Position numbers and translations under genes: made by a program. A DNA stretch of 64,000 nt from Octopus sinensis. Lineage: Eukaryota. Below are positions 40,565 through 53,944 of this stretch, piece by piece; position 1 is the first letter of the stretch; each line of letters begins with the position of its first letter. The stretch spans positions 55,676,001 to 55,740,000 of the forward strand of contig NC_043010.1 of NCBI RefSeq assembly GCF_006345805.1, written 5' to 3'. The notes beneath the pieces were generated by a model. That model was not told the origin of the DNA. It saw nothing but the letters and a program-made list of their open reading frames with translations, and did no database searches.

Positions 40565-41005
40565 TACTTACACACACACTTGTTAAATACCTAATTTTGA
40601 AACGAAAACTTTACAAATTACAAGGGTATATATTACATTTATATAAAAAAATTAATAGAAAATCAAGATGTATATAAGAATTTCCAATTCAAAACTTAAG
40701 ATTTAAAATTTATTAGCTTGATACTTTATTATATTATATTCTTAAAATAATATATTATTTAATAAATAATAAATATTAATTATAAATCACATACAAACGA
40801 TTCGATTCTTACCCATAATAAAGTTATAACACTCCATTGTTTGAGGGCAAGAAACTCCTCAGTGTAATTTTTTATATATTAGGATTCAGATTATATATAT
40901 ATATTTAAATTCAGTCCTTTCTTGGATCTGTGAATCCTTATATATCAAACATTACACTGAGGACTTTCTTGATCACAAATTTGAATACACAGACACAGAC
41001 ACACA

Positions 41006-41061
<56 letters not shown>

Positions 41062-41076
41062 ACACACACACATATA

Positions 41077-41490
<414 letters not shown>

Positions 41491-41580
41491 GGGAGGTTAT
41501 ATCAACCGAAACGTTGTGTTAACAACAAACAAGATGAGGACAAATATCCGTCGAATGTAAATGTAAATAATGTCTGTGTA

Positions 41581-41685
<105 letters not shown>

Positions 41686-42119
41686 CCACATTTACACATT
41701 TATATTACAAACTCGCAGCACATACACACACTCGCGTGTGTGTGTGTAAAACGTGCATGAGTATATTTATATGTGTGTCTGAAGATGTATGTATGTGTCA
41801 GTGTGTTAATGTGTGTCAGTATGTGTGTGTATTTAGAATAGGAATCTTTTCCAGATTTGAATTTTGGTCATATTGATTACTGTAACTTAAATCCCAAAAA
41901 CATCACAATTCAAAGAAAAATTTTTTCAATTTTTTATTGTTACGTCATAATCACGTGAAAAGTCGTTTGCCTTTTTCTTGCCTCTCTTCCTCTTAACGAG
42001 AGAGAAGAGAAAGAAATATATCTACATATAAATACACAACTATATCAGATGGGTGTAGATTTGTACTCTACGAAGCTCTTCCATGACATCTCCGGTTAAA
42101 CTTTGGCATAAATTACCGC

Positions 42120-42470
42120 CCTGGCCCCAACAGACAAATTGGAAAATGCGTTGCTCCGAAGGATAGCGAGGGAGATAAACTGAAACAGCCACTCTAACTC
42201 ACAAGGCTCGCACTTGCAGACACTAGTGCACTAGCGGTGAGCGGGAATATGGCTCGCGGGCCAAGAACAACTGTGGTCTCCACTGCCACAGGCTCAACCG
42301 TAAAACTGTCCGAAAGCGACCGATACTTAGACAGCTTGCCGATAGTTGACCCCACCAAGATGCTGCTAGAGAAGGTGTTGCAGTATGTGGCATCCCAGAT
42401 GAAGGGTCTGCCAGCAGGGAACGGGAAAATCGTCATTCTGTCTGGCCTTTTACTGACCCCTCCGTCGATA
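42120..42470 (-). mobile_element. CRE-clade-like RLE non-LTR retrotransposon 3' fragment
   Basis: KRPDRMTIFPFPAGRPFIWDATYCNTF...KLSKYRSLSDSFTVEPVAVETT.VLGP...WLFQFISLAILRSNA matches the RPDG-T-PW..G..L.WD.T / K..KY / P.A.ET.G / Q.LS.A..R.NA pattern. Confidence 0.7.
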
Positions 42471-42753
42471 GATCAAGAGATAAAACGCCTACCAGTATTT
42501 GGTTATCATGCTTTATCTTCTGAATTCAAATACTTCCAAAATTAACTTTGTCTTTACTTCTTGAAGGTCGCTTAGGCAGCCACTACTCAAGTTAAAACAA
42601 CCGTGACCTCTGTTTAGAATGTTGTAGTGTTCAATATCTTTTAGGAATATATATTCCTAATCTGAGTTCACATTTAGGCATATGGGGATTCAGAAAGTTC
42701 TTAAAAGTCTTAAAGATCTAAAGGGACACATTACATAATTTGGCGACAGATAT

Positions 42754-43059
42754 GTTTGTTTGTTCCTACTCGAGTCATGTCTGGCTAATAAGGGACGGTT
42801 TCCCGGTTTCCTTGGCGTATAGGTTCCCTACCTGGACGGGGCGCCGGTCCGTCGTAGGGGAGCTGCAAGATGCAAGAGGAAAGAGTGAGAGCAAGTTGTG
42901 GCGAAAGAGTCAGCAGAAGTTCGCCGTTATCTTCTGCCGGAGCCGCGTGGAGCTTAGGTGTTTCGCTCATAAACACACACATCGCCCGGTCTGAGATTCG
43001 AACCCGCGATCCCTCGACCGCGAGTCCGCTGCTCTAACCACTAGGCCATGTACCTCCAC
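42754..43059 (-). mobile_element. tRNA-derived SINE (tail type B)
   Basis: Near-identical to 61941-62246; 12-bp TSD ggcgacagatat / ggcgtcagatat (one mismatch). Confidence 0.9.
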
Positions 43060-44269
43060 GGCGTCAGATATACTACATCCTAAATTTTTTTTATTATATG
43101 GTCATTACTGGGGCATTTTTGATCAGCTAGTTATAACAGGACCCATCTGGGACGAAATATTAGAAGCTACTAACAAACGAGAGACAATCTTCGTTGGCTG
43201 GAAATAACAACCAAAATTCCATTAAATGACTTACTATACCATCAGTAGTATACATTGGATAGTGTAGCTTTAGATACATGGATTTGTTCCACCGTATGTC
43301 TATATGATGAAGGACGGTCCGAGACTAAGTGACAATAACTACAACGATGACGACGATGACGACGACCGCGGCTACGGCTGTAGTATTAACAGAATTGTTT
43401 GCTGAGGAGAATATGAAGAAGTCACTTCTTGACATATGTCAAATGTCTGAAGCAACCAGCCAGCCTGTTCGTGATTTGCATATTGTGATTTTATCGATAT
43501 TAAGTTGATCAAAACGTACTTGAACAAGCTTTTATTTGCTGCCTAAGAACGAGAGCAATATCTTCTAAGAAAAATGCATTTAGATTCTCGAAGACTCTGA
43601 AATATATGTCGACTTTGCAAATATATAGACCATTTAATCAGAATTTATAGAATAAATCCCCCCTCCCAAAGGGATTATTACGAATTCCATAATCACTAGT
43701 TGTAAAAATCCTAAAGCGCAAGGATTATAAATGCCAAAATGCCAAAAGTATGTTCCAAATTTGAAATGAATTGATGAACAACATTACGAAATTACAGAAA
43801 CCTGTTGCAAAGTGAGTCACATCAGCATTTTCTTGACCAGTTACTGAACGCAGCTGACAGATGAATCAACTATAGAAGAGAAGAAAAATTTTCTATAAAA
43901 TTGTCGACAAATAAATCGATGAATGCTTCGCAATTGACGTTTCATTGCCTAGGGTGTACCTATAAAATTATTTGCCATAAGCAAATTTATGACAAAGTTG
44001 TCAACTTGGAATTATATAACTTGAGATCACGAAAAATTGTGCAAAAGAGGAAAAAGAAAGAAAAAAATAGAAAGCTTTATGTATTCATAGACAAGTAACT
44101 GATATTATGTTTCAAACAACTTTACAACAAATCTATACGTAAAATACATGCAATAAATATAGATATATCGTATTCATAGTGTATAGCAATACGAAAGTAA
44201 TTTCTGTCAGTCGGAATTAAATTATTTGTTGCATTCTGTAGTTAAAGTTTACAATGAATATAAAGTTAT

Positions 44270-44300
<31 letters not shown>

Positions 44301-44310
44301 AATAATAATG

Positions 44311-45367
44311 CAGTACTAGGCAGTGGCCAATGCCCTGATGTAGTACCAAGCGGTGGCTAATGCCCTGATGTAGTACCAAGCAGTGGCTAATGCCCTGATG
44401 CAGTACCAAGCGGTGGCTAATGCCCTGATGTAGTACCAAGCGGTGGCTAATGCCCTGATGCAGTACTAGGCAGTGGCTAATGCCCTGATGTAGTACCAAG
44501 CAGTGGCTAATGCCCTGATGCAGTACCAAGCGGTGGCTAATGCCCTGATGCAGTACTAGGCAGTGGCTAATGCCCTGATGTAGTACCAAGCAGTGGCTAA
44601 TGCCCTGATGCAGTACCAAGCTGTTGCTAATGCCCTGATGCAGTACCAGGCAGTGGCTAATGCCCTGATGTAGTACCAAGCAGTGGCTAATGCCCTGATG
44701 CAGTACCAAGCAGTGGCTAATGCCCTGATGCAGTACCAAGCAGTGGCTAATGCCCTGATGCAGTACCAGGCAGTGGCTAATGCCCTGATGCAGTACTAGG
44801 CAGTGGCTAATGCCCTGATGCAGTACCAGGCTGTGGCTAATGCCCTGATGCAGTACCAGGCAGTGGCTAATGCCCTGATGCAGTACCATTCAGTGGCTAA
44901 TGCCCTGATGCAGTACCAGGCAGTGGCTAATGCCCTGATGCAGTACCATTCAGTGGCTAATGCCCTGATGCAGTACCAAGCAGTGGCTAATGCCCTGATG
45001 CAGTACCAAGCAGTGGCTAATGCCCTGATGCAGTACCAAGCAGTGGCTAATGCCCTGATGCAGTACCAGGCAGTGGCTAATGCCCTGATGCAGTACCATT
45101 CAGTGGCTAATGCCCTGATGCAGTACCAAGCAGTGGCTAATGCCCTGATGCAGTACCAGGCAGTGGCTAATGCCCTGATGCAGTACCAAGCTGTTGCTAA
45201 TGCCCTGATGTAGTACCAAGCAGTGGCTAATGCCCGGATGCAGTACTAGGCAGTGGCTAATGCCCTGATGCAGTACCAGGCAGTGGCTAATGCCCTGATG
45301 CAGTACTAGGCAGTGGCTAATGTCCTAATGCAGTACCAAGCAGTGGCTAATGCCCTGATGCAGTACC
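44311..45367. repeat. 30-bp tandem array, 35 units (consensus cagtaccaagcagtggctaatgccctgatg)
   Basis: In register from 44311 to 45360, no spacers; continues into the 25200-type repeat. Confidence 0.98.
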
Positions 45368-45612
45368 TGATCTTAACTGATTGGAAGTGTTATCGTGTAC
45401 GTTGTTTTGTCTTGGTATAAAAGATGGGTTACAACAAATATTCTACTCAATACCACAGATTTGCTTGTCAGTTGTTTGACCATAACCAGTTGACCATGTC
45501 CCTAAGTGGCTGACGATATATGCATCTCTGATCACGAGTAGAAGTAGTAGGGGAGCATCATAGTCATGAGTTTAGAGGAATTCTTAGGGGTTTGGATAAT
45601 TCACCTTCGGAA
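45361..45612. mobile_element. Second copy of the unclassified 25200-type repeat
   Basis: gatcttaactgattggaagtgttatc...ggataattcacctt aligns with 25235-25480. Confidence 0.85.
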
Positions 45613-45959
45613 AGTGAGTCTGACCAGTGGCAACCACACACACTCAGCATCAAGATATCATAGCGTCAGGTGTATGTCAGTGCATCATTAGCTACGTCAT
45701 GCCTGGCCCTCCACGCAACGGCAGTTCGCCTTTTGACCAGAAAACCCGTCACCTTTACAAAAAGTAAGAAGAGCAATCGCTCCAGTCTGATCAGCTATGA
45801 ATAAGAATAGGCTCGATAGTCAAACAGTAATAGATGACAGTAGTAATAAAAGTGTTCGCCATTGCTTCGTTCGCTTTCAGTGATAGCTTCCTCTCGACCA
45901 TTTCTAAGTGTGAGCGGTCACACTGCTTGTCAACTCACCTCCTTTCTTGCCCACTTACA

Positions 45960-47420
45960 AGGCTGTGGCAAACCAAACCAAACCTCGTGCGTTTTAACCC
46001 ATACGTTCGTCCAGAGTTCCACGATGCTGTCTGACAGCATGGATTTGCTTCTCCAGGTGCCGAGCTGCAGGTCTATCAACATTTCCTAGTTAATTTTTAC
46101 ATCCATCGCCGCTTCGTTTTTTTCCTCAGAGCGCTGCCGAAAACCTCGATGCGTTTGGAGACTAAGAATGTTACAGTGGAGTCGTAGGATAACTCACATA
46201 GTTATCCTACTAGTTATCCGGCTACAGGCTGAATCCATCGTGAGGATCGTCTCACTACCCCCTTTTAACAAGGCAGGGCAGGCGATGTTCCCCTGTCTAG
46301 TGGCTGTAGTGAAAGAGGTTGTGCGGTGGATGAGGCTGAAAGGATTGTGGAAAGACAACTTCCTCTTCGGTCAAGCTCTAATCGACTTTTTTCTTTTCCA
46401 CTTGGAAAGAAAGGTGAGGGTGGGGAAGGAAGTACTAGTTCCCAGTGAATTTGTGATAAACGGGTGACCGGTGGCAAAATGGTGAGACTGAATGCTCCTA
46501 CTCTAAATATTCACCTATAGATTGGGGAGCAACAGTTGGAGAGGGCTCTTGCCTTTGGTGATTAGCCATAGCTGGAGTTTTTTTTAAATCTCACACACAC
46601 ATAAGATAAAAAGCAATGGCAACACAAACAATAATAGCGATATTCTAGTTCACAAAGGATACTTCTCGAAACCTTCTGACTTCTGTAATAGTGGCTCGTG
46701 TGCCCGCAGGTATAGAAGGAGCGAGAAGAGGCAGACTTCATGGACCTACCGCATGATATTGAACGGTTCCGAAAGTTGGACATTAATTGTGGTCACGTGG
46801 CAGATGTCCCTTTGCAACGCAGTAATCCAAACTCTGAAGATGCGATTGAAACCATCCTTCATAAGAACAATCACAACGTATTTACGGTCAACCTGATCGA
46901 AAACTTTCGATTGATCTAAATTAATCATGGTCTCACCCTACCTAGCCAGGTTCATTACCCACCTATTTCAGGATGCATCCTGCGATGTGGAGGTTGTGGT
47001 TAGATCTGTTTAGTATGCCTACGTCTGTACCTTACCTCATCTGCTAGAGAATCGACGATAAACGTCAAACTACCAAAATCATCAACTTTGCATTTAACAG
47101 TTACGGACTCTTGTCCGAGGTTTTTTGCAGGATTAATCCGACACCAATTTTTCTCAGAAATAGCAATTCTCCCGTTCTGCTACCAGTTGCAGATAGCAAA
47201 GATTATCTTATACAATGTGTACTACTTGGTACTGCATCAGGGCATTAGCCACTGCTTGGTACTGCATCAGGGTATTAGCCACTGCTTGGTACTGCATCAT
47301 GGTTAAATCACCATGGAGTATTTTGAATGAGATTTGGCCATTATTTTCTAGTAGAACTGGCCAACACTTACCAGCCTCGCCTTTTTGGATTTGCGCAGAT
47401 CTTGCTAATTCTGGAATCAT
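45960..47420 (-). mobile_element. Old L1/Tx1-type RT fragment, interrupted
   Basis: INLDQSKVFDQVDRKY..., SEPFNIMR, AICNW*QNGRI (cf. YCNWQQNGSI in the left-edge element); 46030-46160 aligns with 300-450. Contains a 30-mer insertion at 47220-47300. Confidence 0.75.
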
Positions 47421-48313
47421 TGTTCAATATTTGAAACCTTGTATATTCTTTCACTTCATCTCTTGATCTCCATTCTCCTCATCCTTCTCCTATAAGAAAG
47501 AATCTTAGCTGTTCCTGTCGTGCTTATCCGTTCTCTATTAGTACGACCTCCAGCAACCTCCCCTGCCAATTTCGACTTTCCCGAATCGGTTTTGAAAATA
47601 ATTTCTGCATTGAAAGCAGAAATCGATAGCAATTAAGGGAAATGTCTTCCCTTAAGTAATGGAAGATAAATAATAATTAAAGCATCGTTTTCTTTTCCTT
47701 CTTTCGGATGACAACAATAAAAACAACGTCAGCTAAAATACACCATAAGACATGTTGCTGACATTCAGGGTGACAAGTATTACAGCCAATCAAACGGGAG
47801 ATACTTCAGAAATTGTTCCTGTTTTGATAGTGATGGTGGTTTTGGTGGTGATGGTGGTGGTTTTGGTGGCGGTGGTGGTGGTGGTGGTGGTTGCGGTGGT
47901 GGTAACGTTGTTGTAGTCGTGGTGGTAAGGAAAATGATGACGACGACGACGATGATGATGATGAGCCTGTCGAGGAGCGAGGAATGGAAGAAGATTGTGA
48001 TGGCAATTACGTTGCGCGCTGATTATGACAATGATGACAGCGGTGACGATAATGTTCATAATCGTCATCACCAGCATCAACAACACCATCATCGTCATCA
48101 TCGTCGTCGTCTTTTTCTTCATTATCATCGTCATTAAGCTGTTTTTGATAATGATTTCAAGGATAAAGAAAAATGCATTAATACTGTAGTCATTCACACA
48201 CACACACACACACACACAAAGACGTGCATGCATGCATGCATGTATATTCGTAGTTGCTGTACGCAATAGATAAGGAGTGGAACATCATAAAAATTAAAGA
48301 CAAGTGACGAAGA

Positions 48314-48349
<36 letters not shown>

Positions 48350-48457
48350 TATCATCACCATCACCATCAGCACCACCACAACCACCACCATCATCATCAT
48401 CATCATCATTATCATCATAATCATTCTTATTATTGTTTATTATTATATTATTATTAT

Positions 48458-48489
<32 letters not shown>

Positions 48490-48535
48490 TAGTAGTATTA
48501 GTAGTAGCAGCTGCAGCTGTAGCAGCAGCAGTAGT

Positions 48536-48589
<54 letters not shown>

Positions 48590-48774
48590 TATCATCATTA
48601 TCATCGTCGTTGTCAGCAGCATCATCATTACTGTTATTATTATTTATTTTTCTTTTATAATTTCACTATATGTAAACCCCAACAGTTTATGTTTGTCTTC
48701 GTATTGTCCCCTTTATCCTTCGCCCTTGTGGCAAATAAATGATATCATTATCATTATTATTGTTATTGTTTATG

Positions 48775-48843
<69 letters not shown>

Positions 48844-48917
48844 TCATCACTGTCGTTATTATTATTATTATTATTATTATTAATATTATTATTACCATTA
48901 TTATTATTGTCATCATT

Positions 48918-48955
<38 letters not shown>

Positions 48956-48989
48956 TATTATAATTATCATTATTATGATTGTTATTATT

Positions 48990-49116
48990 ATTATTATTGC
49001 GATTATTATCGTCGTCATCATTATCATCATCATCATCATCATCATCATCTTCCTCGTCGTCGTCATCATCATTATTATCATTACTATCAATATTATTATT
49101 ATTATTATTATTGTTG

Positions 49117-49183
<67 letters not shown>

Positions 49184-49592
49184 TATTATAATATCATTAT
49201 TATGATTGTTATTATTATTATATTGCGATTATTATCGTCGTCATCATTATCATCATATCATCATCATCATCATCTTCTCGTCGTCGTCCTCATCATATTA
49301 TCATTACTATCAATATTATTATTATATATTATTATTGTTGTTATTTTATTATTATATTATTATTATTATCATCATCATCATCATCATCATCATCTCATCA
49401 TTATTATCATTATCATTATTATGAGTTATTATTATTATTATTGCGATTATTATCGTCGTCATCTTATCATCATTCATCATCATCAATCATCATCTTCCTC
49501 GTCGTCGTCATCATATTATTATCATTACTATCAATATTATTATTATTATATTATTATTGTTGTTATTATTATTATTATTTATTATTATTATT

Positions 49593-49624
<32 letters not shown>

Positions 49625-49650
49625 TATTATTTTATTATTATTACCGTCCT
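48990..49650. repeat. Higher-order duplication of a TTA/TCA/TCG microsatellite mosaic, three ~220-bp units
   Basis: ttgcgattattatcgtcgtcatc recurs at ~48997, ~49223 and ~49441, each followed by cattactatcaatattatt. Confidence 0.85.
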
Positions 49651-50245
49651 CATCATTATCATTGCGAAGCTAGAGCAATGAAATACAAACATCGCACATA
49701 AATAATACATAAATAATATTAGTCATCACCAGTGAAATAAAAAAAAAAAAAAAGAAGAAAAGAAAAGAAATCAGTGTTGAGCTTAAAAGGATGATTACTA
49801 TCTTTTGAGAAACTACAGGAAAAAGCAATCAATGGCTAATGGGGAATGATGCAAAAACAAAGATAATAAATCATTTATCACAGAAGCAACGAAATTTTTC
49901 CCGATACAAATTGGGAGACGTGTTTTACTGTTCGTATCTAAATCTTAATGCAAAGCAAAGGCAGCATGAGACGGCTTGGAATTTGTTGATTTAATGAACC
50001 TGAAAAAAATGAACCTGTGCGTGTAGTATATGTTGGTGGTTGTATGTGTAGGTGTATGTGTATGTGTATCGGTATGCATGCATGCGTTTAGATGTATGCA
50101 TGCATATATATATATGTGTGTTTGTGTGTGTGTGTGTTGTGTGAGTGAGAAAGAGACTGAGAGGGGTATATATGTACATGCTACATGTATTATACGTATG
50201 AATGTTTATATGTATATATATATACATATAATATATATATATATT

Positions 50246-50278
<33 letters not shown>

Positions 50279-50524
50279 ACATATACATATTATATATATA
50301 ACATATATATATATATATATATATATAATATACATACATATAGAGATAGATAGATAGAAAGATAGATATACGTGTACAGTCAGTCCATATTGATCCGTAA
50401 GGAGCATTGGCACCCGTATATATATATATATATATGTTAATAAATATCAGGGTAGGAAAAATTTTAGAAACTTTTACTACCAGTGGCCTAGTCAGTAAAT
50501 TATATATTATTCATATAAAAACAC

Positions 50525-50815
50525 TGTACATTTAAACACATAAGAGGTGACACTATAGGACACCTAACACGCTAGAAGGAGTAGTCAAAATCCAAACCAC
50601 TGTTAGGGGAATGAAGGTAAAAACATTTACCATCCTTCTCCTGGACCTTTACTTTATTTGCTAATTAAAGTTCGAAACAATGGCCTGGAAGAAAGATGGT
50701 AAATGTTTTTATCTTTCATTCCCTCGAAAATACCCCTAATGGAGGTTTGGATATTGACTACCTCTAGCGTGTTAGGTGTCCTACTAGGGTCACCTCTTAT
50801 GCGTTTAAATGTACA
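50525..50815. repeat. Foldback element, ~120-bp imperfect arms
   Basis: tgtacatttaaacacataagaggtgac...ggacacctaacacgctag...aaaaacatttaccatc pairs with gatggtaaatgttttt...ctagcgtgttaggtgtcc...gtcacctcttatgcgtttaaatgtaca. Confidence 0.88.
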
Positions 50816-50896
50816 CTGTTTATATATATATATGTAAATATATAAATATATATACATACATATATATAAATATATAAATATATATACATACATATA

Positions 50897-50927
<31 letters not shown>

Positions 50928-51179
50928 ATGTATGTATGTATGTATAGCGCTCTTACTGAAGAAGCGCGGATGGTATATTAATTTATTTGCACATTAATGC
51001 AGAAACTAGAGTCTAGGGGTAACTATAGAAATATTTTTTTTCATTCCGTTTGAAATTACTCTTATTAGTGGTTTGGGATTTAACTGCCCTTTCTAGCACG
51101 TAAGGTATCCTAGTAAAGGTCACTTCATTTGTGAATAAATACTTACACTAATTTATATATATATATATATATATATAAA

Positions 51180-51670
51180 GCCGGCCGCCAACACTTTTTT
51201 CTGCAAAATAGGGGTAGCTTATTCTGTTCAGGCTATATTATTAGCATTATCCTGCGTTTGAGAATTTAAAATCACTTCTTTAACTTTCTAAGACATCTCA
51301 ACACTCCTAAAGCAAACTTCATTTGTTTGTTTACGTTCTTCGTAATTTGAATTTAACGTATGATAGATAGCGTCTCATAAAACGAAATTTCTATACATCT
51401 TAAATTTGCGGAAGAATTTGTGGTGTGGGTAGTTTAGCTTAATTGGTTCAGAGCACCGCGACGCGTAATCACGGAGGTGTGAGTTCGCGTCTCATAGCTG
51501 GCCGCCAACTCGTTTCTCTGCAAAATGGGGGTAGCTTATCCTGTTCAGGCTATATTATTAGCATTATCCTGCGATTGAGAATTCAAAGTCACTTGTTTAA
51601 CTTTCTAAGACATCTCAACGCTTCTAAAAACAAACTTCGTTTGTTTACGTTCGTCGTAATTTTAATTTAA
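51180..51670 (+). mobile_element. tRNA-derived SINE (head 51427-51500) preceded by a headless direct copy of its body
   Basis: tagcttaattggttcagagc A-box and gagttcg B-box-like head; body 51497-51670 duplicated at 51180-51355. Confidence 0.7.
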
Positions 51671-51682
51671 GAGAAATATATG

Positions 51683-51732
<50 letters not shown>

Positions 51733-51746
51733 ATATATATATATAT

Positions 51747-51777
<31 letters not shown>

Positions 51778-52084
51778 GGGAGAGTTTATGAAGAAAACAA
51801 AAGACGAAGACAGGTGTTGTACAAAACAAACAGATGTATTAGTATAACTCTCAGGAATAGAAAATGTTTATATATATATATATATATATATATATGGAGG
51901 CTGTCTTGAGAGTTTGCAGGCTTTGTGTAAAAGAAAATGCTAGAGAATCAGTTAATTATAATCTTACTCAAGGCATCACTCTCTCAGATTTATCCACTTA
52001 ATTCAGTGGTCCTTCATTTTGTTCTAAGGCCTGTAAAAGGACTCGGAATGTTGGTCCTCCAGAAACATGTTGGTCTGCATATAT

Positions 52085-52357
52085 TTTTTTATTCCTTTAT
52101 TTCTTTCAGTCACTTCACTGCGGCCATGCTGGGGCACTATCTTTAGTCGAACAAATCGACCCCAGGACTTATTCTTAGTAAGCGTAGCCCTTATTTTTTC
52201 GTCTTTTTTAAGCCGAACCGCTAAGTTATGAGGACGTATACTAGGCTTACAAAGAATAAGTCCTGGGGGCGACTTTCTCGACTAAAGTTGGTGCTCCAGC
52301 ATGGTCATATTCAAATGACTGGAACAAGTAAAAGAGTAAAAGACTATACATACAAAC

Positions 52358-52419
<62 letters not shown>

Positions 52420-52570
52420 GACGGGCTGCTTTTATTTCCGTCTACCAAATCCACTCACAATATTTTGGTCGGCCCGCGGCTATAGTAGGAGATACTTGCC
52501 TAAAATGCCACGCAGTGGACTGAACCCAGGATCATGTGGTTGGTAAGCAAACTACTTACTGCACAGCCAT
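52085..52570 (-). mobile_element. CORE-like SINE with an internal inverted copy of its tail
   Basis: Head 52570-52420 (ggcattttaggcaagtatctcc..gtgagtggatttggtagacggaaa); minus tail 52100-52235; plus tail 52236-52345. Confidence 0.7.
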
Positions 52571-52604
52571 TTCAGCCCCTATGTATACATACGTACTACA
52601 TACA

Positions 52605-52664
<60 letters not shown>

Positions 52665-52710
52665 CATTTATATATATATATATATATATATATATCCATA
52701 TATATATATA

Positions 52711-52784
<74 letters not shown>

Positions 52785-53390
52785 TGTGCGTCTATACATT
52801 ACCCAAGAGCTTACTGCACCCTGGTTTATTATATCACGCAAGCATATTGAAATTGGTCTTAAATTTAAATACCTTCCGTCATTGCTTTGTGCATTTGGGT
52901 ATTTGTTCCTGCGTTGCACCCAATACACACAATCAATAAATAACATCTAGTGATTGACGGTAAAGGAAGCTGTGTTTCCTAATGAAACCAGAGTTGTCTC
53001 GCTTCATATCTGGTACTGAGGATCAAAAATAACGTCGAAATACACCCATTGGTGCGATACAAGATTCTCTGAGCTGATTATGTCGTTTTAACACTCTTTT
53101 GCCTTCAGACATAAATTTGATAAACTGCAATGTCAAGCCCTTACCGGGGCAACTACCTATGAGACTTACTTGAACAAGTCTGAAGTTTGTAAAATACTTT
53201 CACCATTTTCTGCATCTACTCAGGTATAACAAATGTGTGCGTGTGTGTCTGTGTGAGTGAGGGTGTGCGTCTATGTGTCTGAGAGACTGTGTATATGCGG
53301 GCGCATGTATATAAATGTCTGTATCTGTGTGTGTGCATAGGGAAAGTACATAGACAGACAGATAGAAGGTAGATCACACATATATACGCA

Positions 53391-53431
<41 letters not shown>

Positions 53432-53550
53432 TATATACGTATACATTTATGCGTATACAAGCATATATATATATATATATCCACGCATATGTACGTGTGC
53501 TTTATGGATGTACACAAACACACATATATATATATGTATATATATATTAT

Positions 53551-53616
<66 letters not shown>

Positions 53617-53913
53617 CATGTATGTATGTATGTGTGTATATGTGTTCACACACAGACACATACATAGAAAAATATATACAGATATATATATATAGATATG
53701 GTGTATGTATAGATATATTTGTATATATATACATATATGTGTATGTATATACATATATATATACATATATATACTAAGCATACATATATATATATACACA
53801 CACACACACACATAATATATATATATATATGTATATATCCATATATATATATATATGTATATGTATATGTATATATATATATATAATAATATATATATAT
53901 ATATATAATATTA

Positions 53914-53944
<31 letters not shown>

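Noticed and set aside
42237-42545. Plus-strand 102-aa ORF as a host gene
   Set aside because: It is antisense to the CRE-like RLE fragment.
43303-43330. Hammerhead-like AUGAUGA-A-GGAC-G-GUCC-GAGAC
   Set aside because: Two invariant core positions are altered (C3 and one A of GAAA) and I find no stem I or III pairing.
44311-45367. CRISPR array, or a repetitive protein (VANALMQYQA)n / (LVLHQGISHC)n
   Set aside because: Units are contiguous with no unique spacers, there are no cas genes and the context is eukaryotic. The ORFs follow from a 30-bp unit; TAG stops interrupt the plus frame in several units and there is no start or splice context.
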